The notes under the pieces: model-generated
Told to the model about the DNA's origin: nothing
The model's input: the letters and a program-made list of their open reading frames with translations, nothing else
The model's database searches: none
Shown here: positions 51,187-60,649 of the stretch, in pieces
Numbering within the stretch: position 1 is the first letter of the stretch
Layout of the letters: each line of letters opens with the position of its first letter
Program-made: the position numbers and the translations under genes
DNA from: an uncultured Bacteroidales bacterium
Lineage (GTDB): Bacteria; Bacillota_I; Bacilli_A; RFN20; CAG-826
Direction: 5' to 3'
NCBI GenBank assembly: GCA_963650805.1
Contig: CAVJMG010000008.1
Coordinates: 8,199 to 72,198 of the forward strand
DNA: 64,000 nucleotides

Positions 51187-53913
51187 ATGGGCTACAAAGA
51201 AACGCTGCACATGATGCAAACCGAATTCCCCATGAGGGCGGGGCTCGCTAGCAAAGAGCCGGTCCTCGTGAAGAAGTGGGAAGAGGAAAAACTCTATGAG
51301 AAGATGAACCGAAATAGGGTCGATTGCCCCGAGTTCATGCTTCACGATGGCCCTCCCTACGCCAATGGGGACATGCACTGCGGCCACGCCTTGAACCGCT
51401 GCCTCAAGGATTTCGTCATCCGCTACAAAAACATGTCGGGCTACAAAACCCCCTTCGTTTTCGGCTGGGATACGCATGGCCTCCCCATCGAAACCCGCGT
51501 CACCAAATCCGGAGTTGATAGGAAGAAGACCCCGCTTCCCGAATTCAGAAGAATCTGCGAAGACTACGCGAAAACCCAAGTCGATAGGCAAAAAGCCCAA
51601 ATCAAGAGGCTTGGCTGCCTCGGCGATTATTCCCATCCTTATTTGACCCTTCTCCCCGAATACGAGGCAAGGCAAGTCGAAGTCTTCGCCAAAATGGCTT
51701 TGAAAGGGCTGATATTCAAAGGCCTTAAGCCGGTTTATTGGAGCTGGAGCAGCGAGAGCGCTTTGGCCGAAGCCGAGGTCGAATACGCCGATGTGACCGC
51801 CAAAACGATGTACGTCGCTTTCCCAATCAAGGACGGGAAAGGCGTTTTGCCGTTAGATTGCTCCATCGTCATTTGGACCACGACCCCTTGGACCATCCCA
51901 AGCAACCAAGGCATCACGGTCAATCCCGCTTTCGAATATGGGCTATTCGAAACAGAGAAAGGGAAGTTCGTCTTCCTTTGCTCGCTTAAAGAGAAGCTGC
52001 AAGCAGAGCTCGGATTTGAGAAGTGCGAGCTTTTGAAAACCTTCAAAGGCGCCGAAATGGATGGCATCTTGGCTTTCCATCCGCTTTATGATGACCGCGT
52101 TTCCTTGGTGATGAACGCCAACTTCGTCACCGAGGATTCCGGAACCGGATGCGTCCACACCGATCCTGACCACGGCTTAGACGACTACAACACCTGCCTC
52201 AAATACGGCCTCAAACCCCAAGAAACCGTCGATGAGAGGGGCATTATGCACTTCAACGAAGGCGACCCATGGAATGGCGTCTTCTACGAAAAGGCCAACG
52301 ACCTCGTCATCGAGGCCTTGACCCAAAGGGGGAGGATGCTCAAAGAACAAGACCTCGTCCATAGCTACCCCCATGACTGGAGGACCCATAAGCCCGTCAT
52401 CTTCCGCGCCACGCCGCAATGGTTCTGCTCCATCGAGCCCATCCGGAAAGACCTGCTCAATGAGATTGAACGCATTCAGTGGCTTCCTTCCTGGGGCAAA
52501 GAGAAGATGGTCAACATGATCAAAGACAGAGCCGATTGGTGCATTTCCCGTCAGCGCGTTTGGGGCGTCCCTCTCCCCATTATCTATAACGAAGACGGTT
52601 CCCCGATTCTAGAGGAGGCTGTCTTCGCCCATATTCAAGAGCTTTTCAGACAATATGGTTCCAACGTGTGGTTTGAAAGGGAAGCCAAGGACTTGCTTCC
52701 TGAAGGCTACACCAACCCCAAGTCTCCCAATGGGCTCTTCACCAAAGAGAAGGACATCATGGACGTTTGGTTCGATTCCGGCTCGTCTTGGAACGGCGTC
52801 CTCAACGAAAGGGGCATGTCTTGCCCGGCCGACCTCTATTTGGAGGGGAACGATCAATACCGCGGCTGGTTCAATAGCTCGCTCATCCTCTCCCTCGCCG
52901 TCTCTGGTCATAGCAGCTTCAAAGCCTGCCTCACCCACGGCTTCGTCATGACAGAGGATTGGAAGAAGATGTCCAAGTCCGCCGGAAACGGGGTCGACCC
53001 CAACAAAATCGCCGGCGAATACGGGGCGGACATCCTCCGCCTTTGGGCCGCGACCGTCGACTATCAAGCCGACGTTAGAATCGGTGAGCGCATCATCGCC
53101 ACGACCGCCGATAACTATAGGAAAATCCGCAATACGTTCCGCTTCTTGCTGGGCAACCTCGCCCATTATCAAGGGGAAAGCGTTGATAATGTCGAGCTTT
53201 CTTTGATTGACCGTTATATTTTAGCCGAAGAAGAAAGAGTCAAGAACAAAGCCCTCGACTGCTATGACCGCTACGATTTCTCCGGCGCGGTCAACGCCAT
53301 CATCGCCTTCATGGGCAATGACCTCTCTTCCTTCTATTTGGACATGGCCAAAGACGTCCTTTATTGCGACGCCATCTCTTCGCCTAGAAGACAAGCCGTC
53401 GAAGCCGTCATCTATTCTTGCTGCTATGAGCTTTGCCTCCTTCTTAACCCGATTCTCCCCTTTACCATGGAAGAAGTTTACGGGTATCTTCCGCTTAAGA
53501 AGAAAGAATCCCCTCAGCTTGAGGACATGCCTAAGCGCACCCATAGTTACGGCGAAAAAGAGCTAAGTGGCTACGCTTCTTTCAAGAAGCTCCGCCTCTT
53601 AGCCAACAAATCCCTTGAGGAAGCCCGCCGAAAAGGGCTCATCGGGAATTCAGAAGACGCTAAGCTCGGGCTTGTTGTCTCCGACAAAGATTTCTACGAA
53701 GTCTTGTCCAAAGAGGGAGAAGAAGCCCTTTGCAAAGCCTTCATGGTGTCCTCTATTTCCCTTAGCCAAGGCGAAGACAAAGCCGTTGTCGAAGTCGACG
53801 CTAGGCCCCTTTGCCCAAGGTGTCGAAACCACGTGGACGAACTCCATGGGCAAGGCGAGGAGGCCATTTGCCGCCGCTGCGAGGAAGCCGTCGCGGAAGG
53901 GAAGGGCGAATGA
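51187..53913 (+). CDS. ileS: Isoleucine--tRNA ligase
   Basis: N-terminus MGYKETLHMMQTEFPMRAG, HIGH motif PPYANGDMHCGHAL, KMSKS motif KKMSKSAGNG, C-terminal Zn finger CPRCRNH...CRRCEE. ATG 51187 after AAAGGAG. Confidence 0.9.
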   Translation: MGYKETLHMMQTEFPMRAGLASKEPVLVKKWEEEKLYEKMNRNRVDCPEFMLHDGPPYANGDMHCGHALNRCLKDFVIRYKNMSGYKTPFVFGWDTHGLPIETRVTKSGVDRKKTPLPEFRRICEDYAKTQVDRQKAQIKRLGCLGDYSHPYLTLLPEYEARQVEVFAKMALKGLIFKGLKPVYWSWSSESALAEAEVEYADVTAKTMYVAFPIKDGKGVLPLDCSIVIWTTTPWTIPSNQGITVNPAFEYGLFETEKGKFVFLCSLKEKLQAELGFEKCELLKTFKGAEMDGILAFHPLYDDRVSLVMNANFVTEDSGTGCVHTDPDHGLDDYNTCLKYGLKPQETVDERGIMHFNEGDPWNGVFYEKANDLVIEALTQRGRMLKEQDLVHSYPHDWRTHKPVIFRATPQWFCSIEPIRKDLLNEIERIQWLPSWGKEKMVNMIKDRADWCISRQRVWGVPLPIIYNEDGSPILEEAVFAHIQELFRQYGSNVWFEREAKDLLPEGYTNPKSPNGLFTKEKDIMDVWFDSGSSWNGVLNERGMSCPADLYLEGNDQYRGWFNSSLILSLAVSGHSSFKACLTHGFVMTEDWKKMSKSAGNGVDPNKIAGEYGADILRLWAATVDYQADVRIGERIIATTADNYRKIRNTFRFLLGNLAHYQGESVDNVELSLIDRYILAEEERVKNKALDCYDRYDFSGAVNAIIAFMGNDLSSFYLDMAKDVLYCDAISSPRRQAVEAVIYSCCYELCLLLNPILPFTMEEVYGYLPLKKKESPQLEDMPKRTHSYGEKELSGYASFKKLRLLANKSLEEARRKGLIGNSEDAKLGLVVSDKDFYEVLSKEGEEALCKAFMVSSISLSQGEDKAVVEVDARPLCPRCRNHVDELHGQGEEAICRRCEEAVAEGKGE

Positions 53914-54563
53914 AAACCCTTTTGGAGAAATGGAATAAGCTTACAAAAGAGGCGAAGCTCGGAATCTATTTCGGGCTCGGCGCCTTTGGTTTGTTCCTAC
54001 TCGACCTCATCAGCAAATGGGCGATTGAGAAGACCCTCCCTGTTGGGGGCAGTATCACGATCATCCCCAATTTCTTCTATTTCACCAAATCCTACAACAC
54101 CGGCGCAGCCTTCTCCTTAGGCGCCTCTTGGGGTGTCTGGGGAAGAGTGCTCGGCATTGGGATATCGTTAGTGATGTCCATCGCCATCGTTTGGTATTGG
54201 GTTGTATCTAACAAGAAGATCAACAACGCCGAAAGAGCCGCCCTGATGCTCCTTTCTAGCGGAGCCATCGGCAACCTCATCGACCGTTCCTTCTATTGGG
54301 AAGGTGTCGTCGGATTTAATGGGGTCATCGATTTCCTTCAATTCTACCTCGGGGGAGGACCTTCGAAAGCCCCCTCTTCCATCAACCCCTTCGCGACCTT
54401 CAACGTCGCTGACGCTTGCCTTACTTTAGGCGTTATCGTCTTAATCGTCGCCATGGTCGTCGACGCGCTGAAATCCAAAAACGACCCCAATGAAAAAGAC
54501 CCCAGAATCGCCGAAAGCAAAGAAGGGCAAGACGAAGCGGAAAAGAAGGAGGGGGATGAATGA
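53910..54563 (+). CDS. lspA: Lipoprotein signal peptidase II
   Basis: NTGAAFS and IGNLIDR motifs; four TM helices. ATGA overlap with the ileS stop. Confidence 0.85.
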   Translation: MKTLLEKWNKLTKEAKLGIYFGLGAFGLFLLDLISKWAIEKTLPVGGSITIIPNFFYFTKSYNTGAAFSLGASWGVWGRVLGIGISLVMSIAIVWYWVVSNKKINNAERAALMLLSSGAIGNLIDRSFYWEGVVGFNGVIDFLQFYLGGGPSKAPSSINPFATFNVADACLTLGVIVLIVAMVVDALKSKNDPNEKDPRIAESKEGQDEAEKKEGDE

Positions 54564-55465
54564 ATTCCTTTCTCGTCGGCGAAAGTTTCGCCGGAAAGCG
54601 CCTTGATGAGGCTTTGGCCGCTTTTGGGGCGTCCTTGTCCCGGGCCAAATGCCAAGCGATGATCAAAGAAGGCAAGGTGAAGGTGGACGGGAAATCCGAA
54701 AAAGCCTCATTGAAGCTCAAACTCGGCCAAAAAATCGAATTTGAGGACTATGAGGCCCCAAGCTGCCAACTCACTCCCGAAGACATCCCCTTGGACATCA
54801 TTTACGAAGACGATTTGATCATCGTCATCAATAAGCCCGTTGGCCTAGTCGTCCATCCGGGCAACGGGAATCCGGACGGAACGCTTGTCAACGCGCTTCT
54901 ATATCATCAAAAGCTCCTCGCCCCTTCTAGCGACCCCCTTCGCCCGGGCATCGTCCATCGCATCGATAAAGACACCTCGGGATTGCTCGCCATCGCCAAA
55001 ACCGAAGAGGCCTTGCTCAGCTTGCAAGCCCAACTCAAAGACCATTCGATGCATAGGGAATACCTTGCCTTGGTGCAAGGGATAATCCCAGAGGAAGGAG
55101 GGGAGATCTCCGCTCCGATAGGCAGGGACAAAACCCATCCGACCAAGATGGCGGTGGTCCCTAACGGCAAAGAAGCGAAAACCTACTTCTCCGTCAAAAA
55201 GCGCTTCGTCAACGCGGATATGACCCTTGTTGACTGCGCCCTTAAAACCGGGAGGACCCACCAAATCAGGGTTCATATGGACTATATCGGCCATCCCGTT
55301 ATCGGCGATCCGCTTTATGGCAGGGGCAATCGAAAGCTTTACGACAAGGGGCAATTGCTCCATGCCTATAAGCTCACGCTGACCCATCCCAAAACCGGCG
55401 AGCTCATGAGCTTTGAAGCCCCAATCAACCCTGAATTCGGCGCATTTCTAAAATCCTTATCCTGA
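54560..55465 (+). CDS. rluD: RluA-family 23S rRNA pseudouridine synthase (RluD-like) with N-terminal S4 domain
   Basis: S4-like N-terminus; catalytic HRIDKDTSGLL; HQIRVH motif. ATGA overlap with the lspA stop. Confidence 0.85.
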   Translation: MNSFLVGESFAGKRLDEALAAFGASLSRAKCQAMIKEGKVKVDGKSEKASLKLKLGQKIEFEDYEAPSCQLTPEDIPLDIIYEDDLIIVINKPVGLVVHPGNGNPDGTLVNALLYHQKLLAPSSDPLRPGIVHRIDKDTSGLLAIAKTEEALLSLQAQLKDHSMHREYLALVQGIIPEEGGEISAPIGRDKTHPTKMAVVPNGKEAKTYFSVKKRFVNADMTLVDCALKTGRTHQIRVHMDYIGHPVIGDPLYGRGNRKLYDKGQLLHAYKLTLTHPKTGELMSFEAPINPEFGAFLKSLS

Positions 55466-55504
55466 GGGAAGCCTCAGGATTTTTCATTGCTAAAGAAAGA
55501 GACC

Positions 55505-57118
55505 TTATTTGGTCTTGAATCCCGTGTTCCCGTCGGAAAAAGACATGTTTTTCTCTAGATTAGGATACTTCGTGTTGTAAGTCGCGGGGGAAGGAAACCC
55601 GACTTTGCCAATGGCTTTGGTATCGACGTAGACGCGGCTACGGGCAAATTCTTCTGGCTTGGGGGAATCGCTGATGGAAGTGAGGCTCGAGGGGATGGGG
55701 TTTTCCTCGTAGAGGTCGGTGATTTCGTGAAGCAGCATCGCCCCGCGGGTTAAGGAAGTGGAGACTTTCTTGAGGACTCCGCTTTTTAAATTGTCCCTTA
55801 TGGCCATCAAGGTGCCCAAAGCTAGGATGAAGCCGGGGATGTAATCTAGGGGAACCCCGTTGAGATTGACGGGCTTTTCTTTAGAGCCGTTTCTTATGGA
55901 AAGCCCGGTGATGTCCTCTGCTAATGGCGCCCAGCCTGGGCGAGTTTTCCACGCGCTTGGGGAGAAGCAATTCAAGCTCGAGTAGATGACGCGCGGATTG
56001 AGCTTTAGGATTTCCTCTTCGGAGAGCCCGAATTTATCGAAGCACCCGTTTTGATACGAATAGGTGATGACGTCTGCCTGCTTGATGAGCTCCTTCATTT
56101 TGGCGAGATCTTCGCCCCTATTGAGGTCAAGCTGAATCGAGTCCTTGCCCGCCCAGCCATCGAGCTCGAGCATGGCTTGCTCTTGATGCTTGAAGTCGCC
56201 TCTTCTAACGAGCAATACGTCGGCCCCGTATTCGGCGAGAATCCTCGAGCAAGCGGGCCCGGCGATGATGTGGGTGAGGTCAAGCACCTTGATTCCGCTT
56301 AAAGGGCCTTTGGACAAGGAACGGGGGAGTTCCATTTTGCCGTGTCCGGTTTCTTGAAAGGAAATAAGAGGCATTTCCTTCACGGCTTTCCCGACTTCTG
56401 TGGCTTCCCATTCGTCCCTGCTGCGGAGAACGCAAGCGCAGGCCCCACAAGAGAAAGCAAGTTCTTCAAGTTCGTTGGAATCCCATTTGGCGACTTCTTT
56501 TTTGAGGTAGCGGATATCCCTTTTCGTCGATAAAAGGGTGAATTTGTCGTAGCTTTTCTTTAGTTTCATCGCCTCGACGAGCTTTTTTTGCTGAGATTGA
56601 TAATAGGTGTGGAAGGAGATGTAACGGCCGTCTTTGGTTTTGTATTTATAGAAAGAGCCGTTGATCGCATTGTCGACGCGGATCGCGGAGGCCAATCGGC
56701 TTTTCTTGAATTCGCGGTCGTAGTAATTGGCCATGTAGAGGCGGATGGCCTGCAGCCCCGCGTAGGAGATGTCACAGTCGATTTTAGACCCCTGGATATC
56801 CTCGCCCCGAAGCTCTCCGATTTCTGAAGCGAGGTTGCTGCAAAGAGACAAAACGGCGGCGATGACGCCGGTTTGGATGACCTTTTCTTCGCTGAAGAGC
56901 CGCTCAACGGCTTTTTTCCTTAGCTTAGCCAAAACAACGGCGATGACGTTGGGGAAGGGATTTTCCTTAAGGTAATTCTTCTTGAATTCTTTCTCCGCGT
57001 CGGTTGAAGCGATGAAAGTGACGGGCAAAGCGGGGTCGATATGGAGAATGTCTGCTAGATAATCGTATGCGATTTGGGCTTGCTTGGCCTTTTGCTCAAG
57101 CACCTCTTTACTGCTCAT
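55505..57118 (-). CDS. Two-domain protein: unknown ~260-aa N-terminal domain fused to a CoA-transferase family III (CaiB/BaiF-like) domain
   Basis: GIKVLDLTHIIAGPACSRILAEYGADVLLVRRGD at residues ~268-300 matches the family-III CoA-transferase N-terminal Rossmann motif, but it sits mid-protein. Confidence 0.45.
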   Translation of the reverse strand: MSSKEVLEQKAKQAQIAYDYLADILHIDPALPVTFIASTDAEKEFKKNYLKENPFPNVIAVVLAKLRKKAVERLFSEEKVIQTGVIAAVLSLCSNLASEIGELRGEDIQGSKIDCDISYAGLQAIRLYMANYYDREFKKSRLASAIRVDNAINGSFYKYKTKDGRYISFHTYYQSQQKKLVEAMKLKKSYDKFTLLSTKRDIRYLKKEVAKWDSNELEELAFSCGACACVLRSRDEWEATEVGKAVKEMPLISFQETGHGKMELPRSLSKGPLSGIKVLDLTHIIAGPACSRILAEYGADVLLVRRGDFKHQEQAMLELDGWAGKDSIQLDLNRGEDLAKMKELIKQADVITYSYQNGCFDKFGLSEEEILKLNPRVIYSSLNCFSPSAWKTRPGWAPLAEDITGLSIRNGSKEKPVNLNGVPLDYIPGFILALGTLMAIRDNLKSGVLKKVSTSLTRGAMLLHEITDLYEENPIPSSLTSISDSPKPEEFARSRVYVDTKAIGKVGFPSPATYNTKYPNLEKNMSFSDGNTGFKTK

Positions 57119-57319
57119 GGAATGGCTCCTAAATATGTTAAAGTCGAACGAGCTTATTCTAGCATGAGCAGAAGAACTAAGAACATCGAAAGAAAGGAAA
57201 CTAAACTTCTGCTTTCTTGAAATTCAAAGGGGAGCTTCTAGCTATTGAAAATATAGAACAACATGAGCAGGGTTTTGAAAATAGAAAGCCATGTCAATTC
57301 TTTTAATTGAGATCAAAAA

Positions 57320-58270
57320 TTAATTGGAAGCGTCCAATGTTTCTTTGATGGTTTTGAAATTCATCTTCGCGACTTTTGAAAGCTCTTGCTCACCGAAGTT
57401 AGAAACGAATTCCTTCAAAGCGCCTTTTGCTTGTTCACCCGCGCCGAAAGGGAAAATGAAGGAATATCTTTTGCTAATGGCGTCCATTTTCTGCAGGAAA
57501 GAATAACGGGCGATGATCGAAGCGCAGGCGACGCTTGGGAAGGCAAGCTCCCCTTTGGTTTTGAAGATGATGCCTTCTTGGACCTCGGGCTCGTCACGAA
57601 GATAGGAATAATAGAGCCTAGGCTCTGCGAATTGGTCTTGGTAGATGTTGGAATTTGGATATTTCTTAGAAAGGTTCAATAAGCAGCGATTGTGCATCTT
57701 CGCCTTAATCGAATTGAGGTTCTCGCCCTTTTGGTATAGTTCATTGTATTTTTCTAAAGGCAAGGAAAGCGAGGAGTAGGGTATCTTTTGGATTAGGACG
57801 ACTCCTATTTTTCTTATTCTGTCGTCGGTCAATTTTTTCGAATCGGTGACGCCTAGCTCTTCTAGCAAGGGGAGATCTTCTCTTTTGACGTAAGAGGCCA
57901 CCACGCAGACGGGGCCGAACAAATCGCCCGTCCCGACTTCGTCTGAGCCGATTTGGGGGTAGAGGTTTTCAAAGCCGTCCTTCCTTTGCTTCGGGGCGAT
58001 TGAAGCGGATTCGAAGAGGCTTGGCTGGACTGAACGCGCTCCCCAAATGGAAGCCTCTTCTTGGCTGCCCTTTCCCTGGAAAACGACTTTATGGGCCCCG
58101 TTATGGACTTTCGAATAAACCGAAACGCTGACGCCATCCTCCGTTTTGGCGAAGAATTGGATGTAGGGGTTTGGGCTGGGCAAGCGATTATCGCTATAAA
58201 AAGCCTCTAATTCTGCTAGGGCTTCTTCGTTAAGCAACAAGGCGGAGATAAGGCTAGAAGAATTTTCCAT
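57320..58270 (-). CDS. rnhC: Ribonuclease HIII
   Basis: 316 aa; N-terminal TBP-like domain plus RNase H fold with DEVGTGDLFGPVCVVASYV and downstream catalytic Asp/Glu. Confidence 0.8.
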   Translation of the reverse strand: MENSSSLISALLLNEEALAELEAFYSDNRLPSPNPYIQFFAKTEDGVSVSVYSKVHNGAHKVVFQGKGSQEEASIWGARSVQPSLFESASIAPKQRKDGFENLYPQIGSDEVGTGDLFGPVCVVASYVKREDLPLLEELGVTDSKKLTDDRIRKIGVVLIQKIPYSSLSLPLEKYNELYQKGENLNSIKAKMHNRCLLNLSKKYPNSNIYQDQFAEPRLYYSYLRDEPEVQEGIIFKTKGELAFPSVACASIIARYSFLQKMDAISKRYSFIFPFGAGEQAKGALKEFVSNFGEQELSKVAKMNFKTIKETLDASN

Positions 58271-58339
58271 CGCCCAATTTTAAGCCCTTCGAATCCAAAG
58301 AAGAAGAGCGACCCTGAGGGGTGGTATAATCTCCCCGTT

Positions 58340-60649
58340 ATGCAGAACGTTTACGAAGTGCTTGAATGGGATAAGGTCAAATCTCGCCTTGGGGGATATT
58401 GCAAAACCGAAATCGGGAAGAAGAGGGCCGCTAATCTAACGATGATGAAGGAGGAGGAACTCAAAAAGGAGCAATCCTTCCTTTCCGAGGCCTCTTATTG
58501 CTTATCCTTATACGGCAACCTTCCTTTGGACGTCTCTAGCGACCTCTCCCAGGAAGTGAGGATGGCCAGCAAGGGCTATACCCTTTCGATCCAGACCTTA
58601 GAAAGGGTCGCCACCGACGTCGCCACGGCAAACGAGGTCAAATCCTTCCTTGGAAAAGGGGAGGACATCCCCCTTTTGAAGGAATACGCTTCCAAAATCC
58701 CGGACCTCCTCTTCCTTGAGAAGGACATCCATAAAGTCATCGCCCCGGATTTGTCCATTTACGACAGCGCCTCTCCGGCTTTGAAGCACATCCGCATCGC
58801 GATTGCCCGGCTAGAAAAAGACATGGTCAGCAAGCTAGGCTACGTCTTAGAGCAAAACAAAGTTTATCTCTCCGACACGACTCTCACCATGAAAAATGGG
58901 CATTACGTTTTGCCTGTTTCCAATTCCTACAAAAGCAAAGTCAAAGGCATCGTGCAGGATATCTCCAGTTCGGGCAACACGACCTTCATCGAGCCAGAGC
59001 TGTTGGTCTCGCTGAACAACAAAATGGTGGAATTGCAGAATAGCGAGAAAGAGGAAATCGCCAGGCTGCTTGGGGAGCTCTCGAAGGAAGTCGGCGGAGC
59101 AGGGGAGTCCCTTATTGAAAGCAACGCCTCGCTAGGCTACCTCGACTTTTTGCAGGCCAAAGCGACTTTAGGGGCGAAAATGAAAGGGCACATCGCTACT
59201 TTTAGCGATGATGGTTCCATTGATCTGCGCGCTTTCCGCCATCCTTTGCTAGACCCCGAAAAGGTCGTGCCAAACGATTTCGCGATTTCCCCGAAGCGGC
59301 GGGTCATCATCATCTCCGGGCCTAACGCCGGAGGCAAAACCGTGGCATTAAAAAGCCTCGGCATGGCCGCGCTCATGAACCAATGCGGGCTATTCGTCCC
59401 GGCCGAGCAGGGGGCGATGCTCCCTTATTTCAAGAACATCTTCCTCGACATCGGCGATTCGCAGTCGCTTTCGGATAACCTCTCCACCTTCTCCGCGCAC
59501 ATGTCAAATCTAGGCCAAATCGCTTCCAGGGTGGGCGGAAAAGACCTTGTCTTATTGGACGAAGTGGGAACTGGAACCTCCCCTAAAGAAGGGGAGGCCA
59601 TCGCTTATGGGGTCGTTAAATTCCTCCTTTCCAAGCATTGCTGCGCGCTGATATCCAGCCACTTCGAGGGCCTAAAGGCCTATGCGATGAGCGAAGAGAG
59701 GGTCGAAAACGCCTGCATGCTCTTCGATAAGGCCACTTTGTCTCCGACCTACATCCTCAAAATGGGGCTTCCCGGAGAAAGCTATGGCATCACGGTGGCT
59801 AGGCGATATGGGGTGGATGAATCCATCCTCAAGGAAGCCGAGTCCTACAAAAACGGGGAAGGGGATTTCTCGCTTGAGGAATCCATCGCTAGGCTTTCCC
59901 TTTTAGCCAAGGAAAACGAAGCCCTCAAAGCCGCCAATTTAAAAAAACAAAGCGCCCTAGAGCTCAAGGAAAAGGAAATCCAAGCCAAGGAGAAAACCGT
60001 CTCCATGCGCGAGGAGAAGCTGCTTTCTTCCGTTGAAGGGGAGAAGAAGAGAATCCTCGATGAGGCCGAGGAAAGAGTCAATGACATCATCGCCACCTTG
60101 CAATCCCCTGAAGTCAAGCTCCATCAAGCCATCGCCGCGAAGAAGAAACTCGCCGAGCTAGAGGAGAATTCCATTAAGGAAGAGTCCTTCTCCGGGAAAG
60201 TCGAGCTCAATGATTACGTCAGCTTGCCTAGCCTTGGAATCGTCGGCAAAATCACCCGGATGGACGGAAGCAAAATCACGATTACCACCCCCGAGGGGAT
60301 GGATTTCAAAACAAGCAAAGACCGCGTCGTCAAAACAGCCAAGCCCGAGAGCAAGAAAGTGCCCATGAAGGGGAATGTCCTCGACTCCGTCGGCTCTTCT
60401 TCCTTGTCTTTGCAGCTCAATTTGATTGGAATGCACGTCGATGAGGCCCTCGACGCGCTAGACCGCTACCTCGATAAGTGCCGCCTTAAGGGCTTCAAAA
60501 GAGTGAAAATCGTCCATGGCTTCGGCTCCGGCGCCCTCAGGAACGCGGTCCACGATTACCTTAGGAAGCATTCTTCTTTCGTGGCTTCCTTTGAGTTAGG
60601 CGGAGAATACGAAGGTGGGGGAGGCGCCACCGTGGTGCACCTGAAATGA
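58340..60649 (+). CDS. mutS2: Endonuclease MutS2 (MutS domain plus C-terminal Smr)
   Basis: Walker A GPNAGGKTV, MutS signature region, C-terminal Smr IVHGFGSGALRNAVHDYLRK. Extended -10 TGgTATAAT at 58322-58330, only ~10 nt before the ATG. Confidence 0.85.
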   Translation: MQNVYEVLEWDKVKSRLGGYCKTEIGKKRAANLTMMKEEELKKEQSFLSEASYCLSLYGNLPLDVSSDLSQEVRMASKGYTLSIQTLERVATDVATANEVKSFLGKGEDIPLLKEYASKIPDLLFLEKDIHKVIAPDLSIYDSASPALKHIRIAIARLEKDMVSKLGYVLEQNKVYLSDTTLTMKNGHYVLPVSNSYKSKVKGIVQDISSSGNTTFIEPELLVSLNNKMVELQNSEKEEIARLLGELSKEVGGAGESLIESNASLGYLDFLQAKATLGAKMKGHIATFSDDGSIDLRAFRHPLLDPEKVVPNDFAISPKRRVIIISGPNAGGKTVALKSLGMAALMNQCGLFVPAEQGAMLPYFKNIFLDIGDSQSLSDNLSTFSAHMSNLGQIASRVGGKDLVLLDEVGTGTSPKEGEAIAYGVVKFLLSKHCCALISSHFEGLKAYAMSEERVENACMLFDKATLSPTYILKMGLPGESYGITVARRYGVDESILKEAESYKNGEGDFSLEESIARLSLLAKENEALKAANLKKQSALELKEKEIQAKEKTVSMREEKLLSSVEGEKKRILDEAEERVNDIIATLQSPEVKLHQAIAAKKKLAELEENSIKEESFSGKVELNDYVSLPSLGIVGKITRMDGSKITITTPEGMDFKTSKDRVVKTAKPESKKVPMKGNVLDSVGSSSLSLQLNLIGMHVDEALDALDRYLDKCRLKGFKRVKIVHGFGSGALRNAVHDYLRKHSSFVASFELGGEYEGGGGATVVHLK

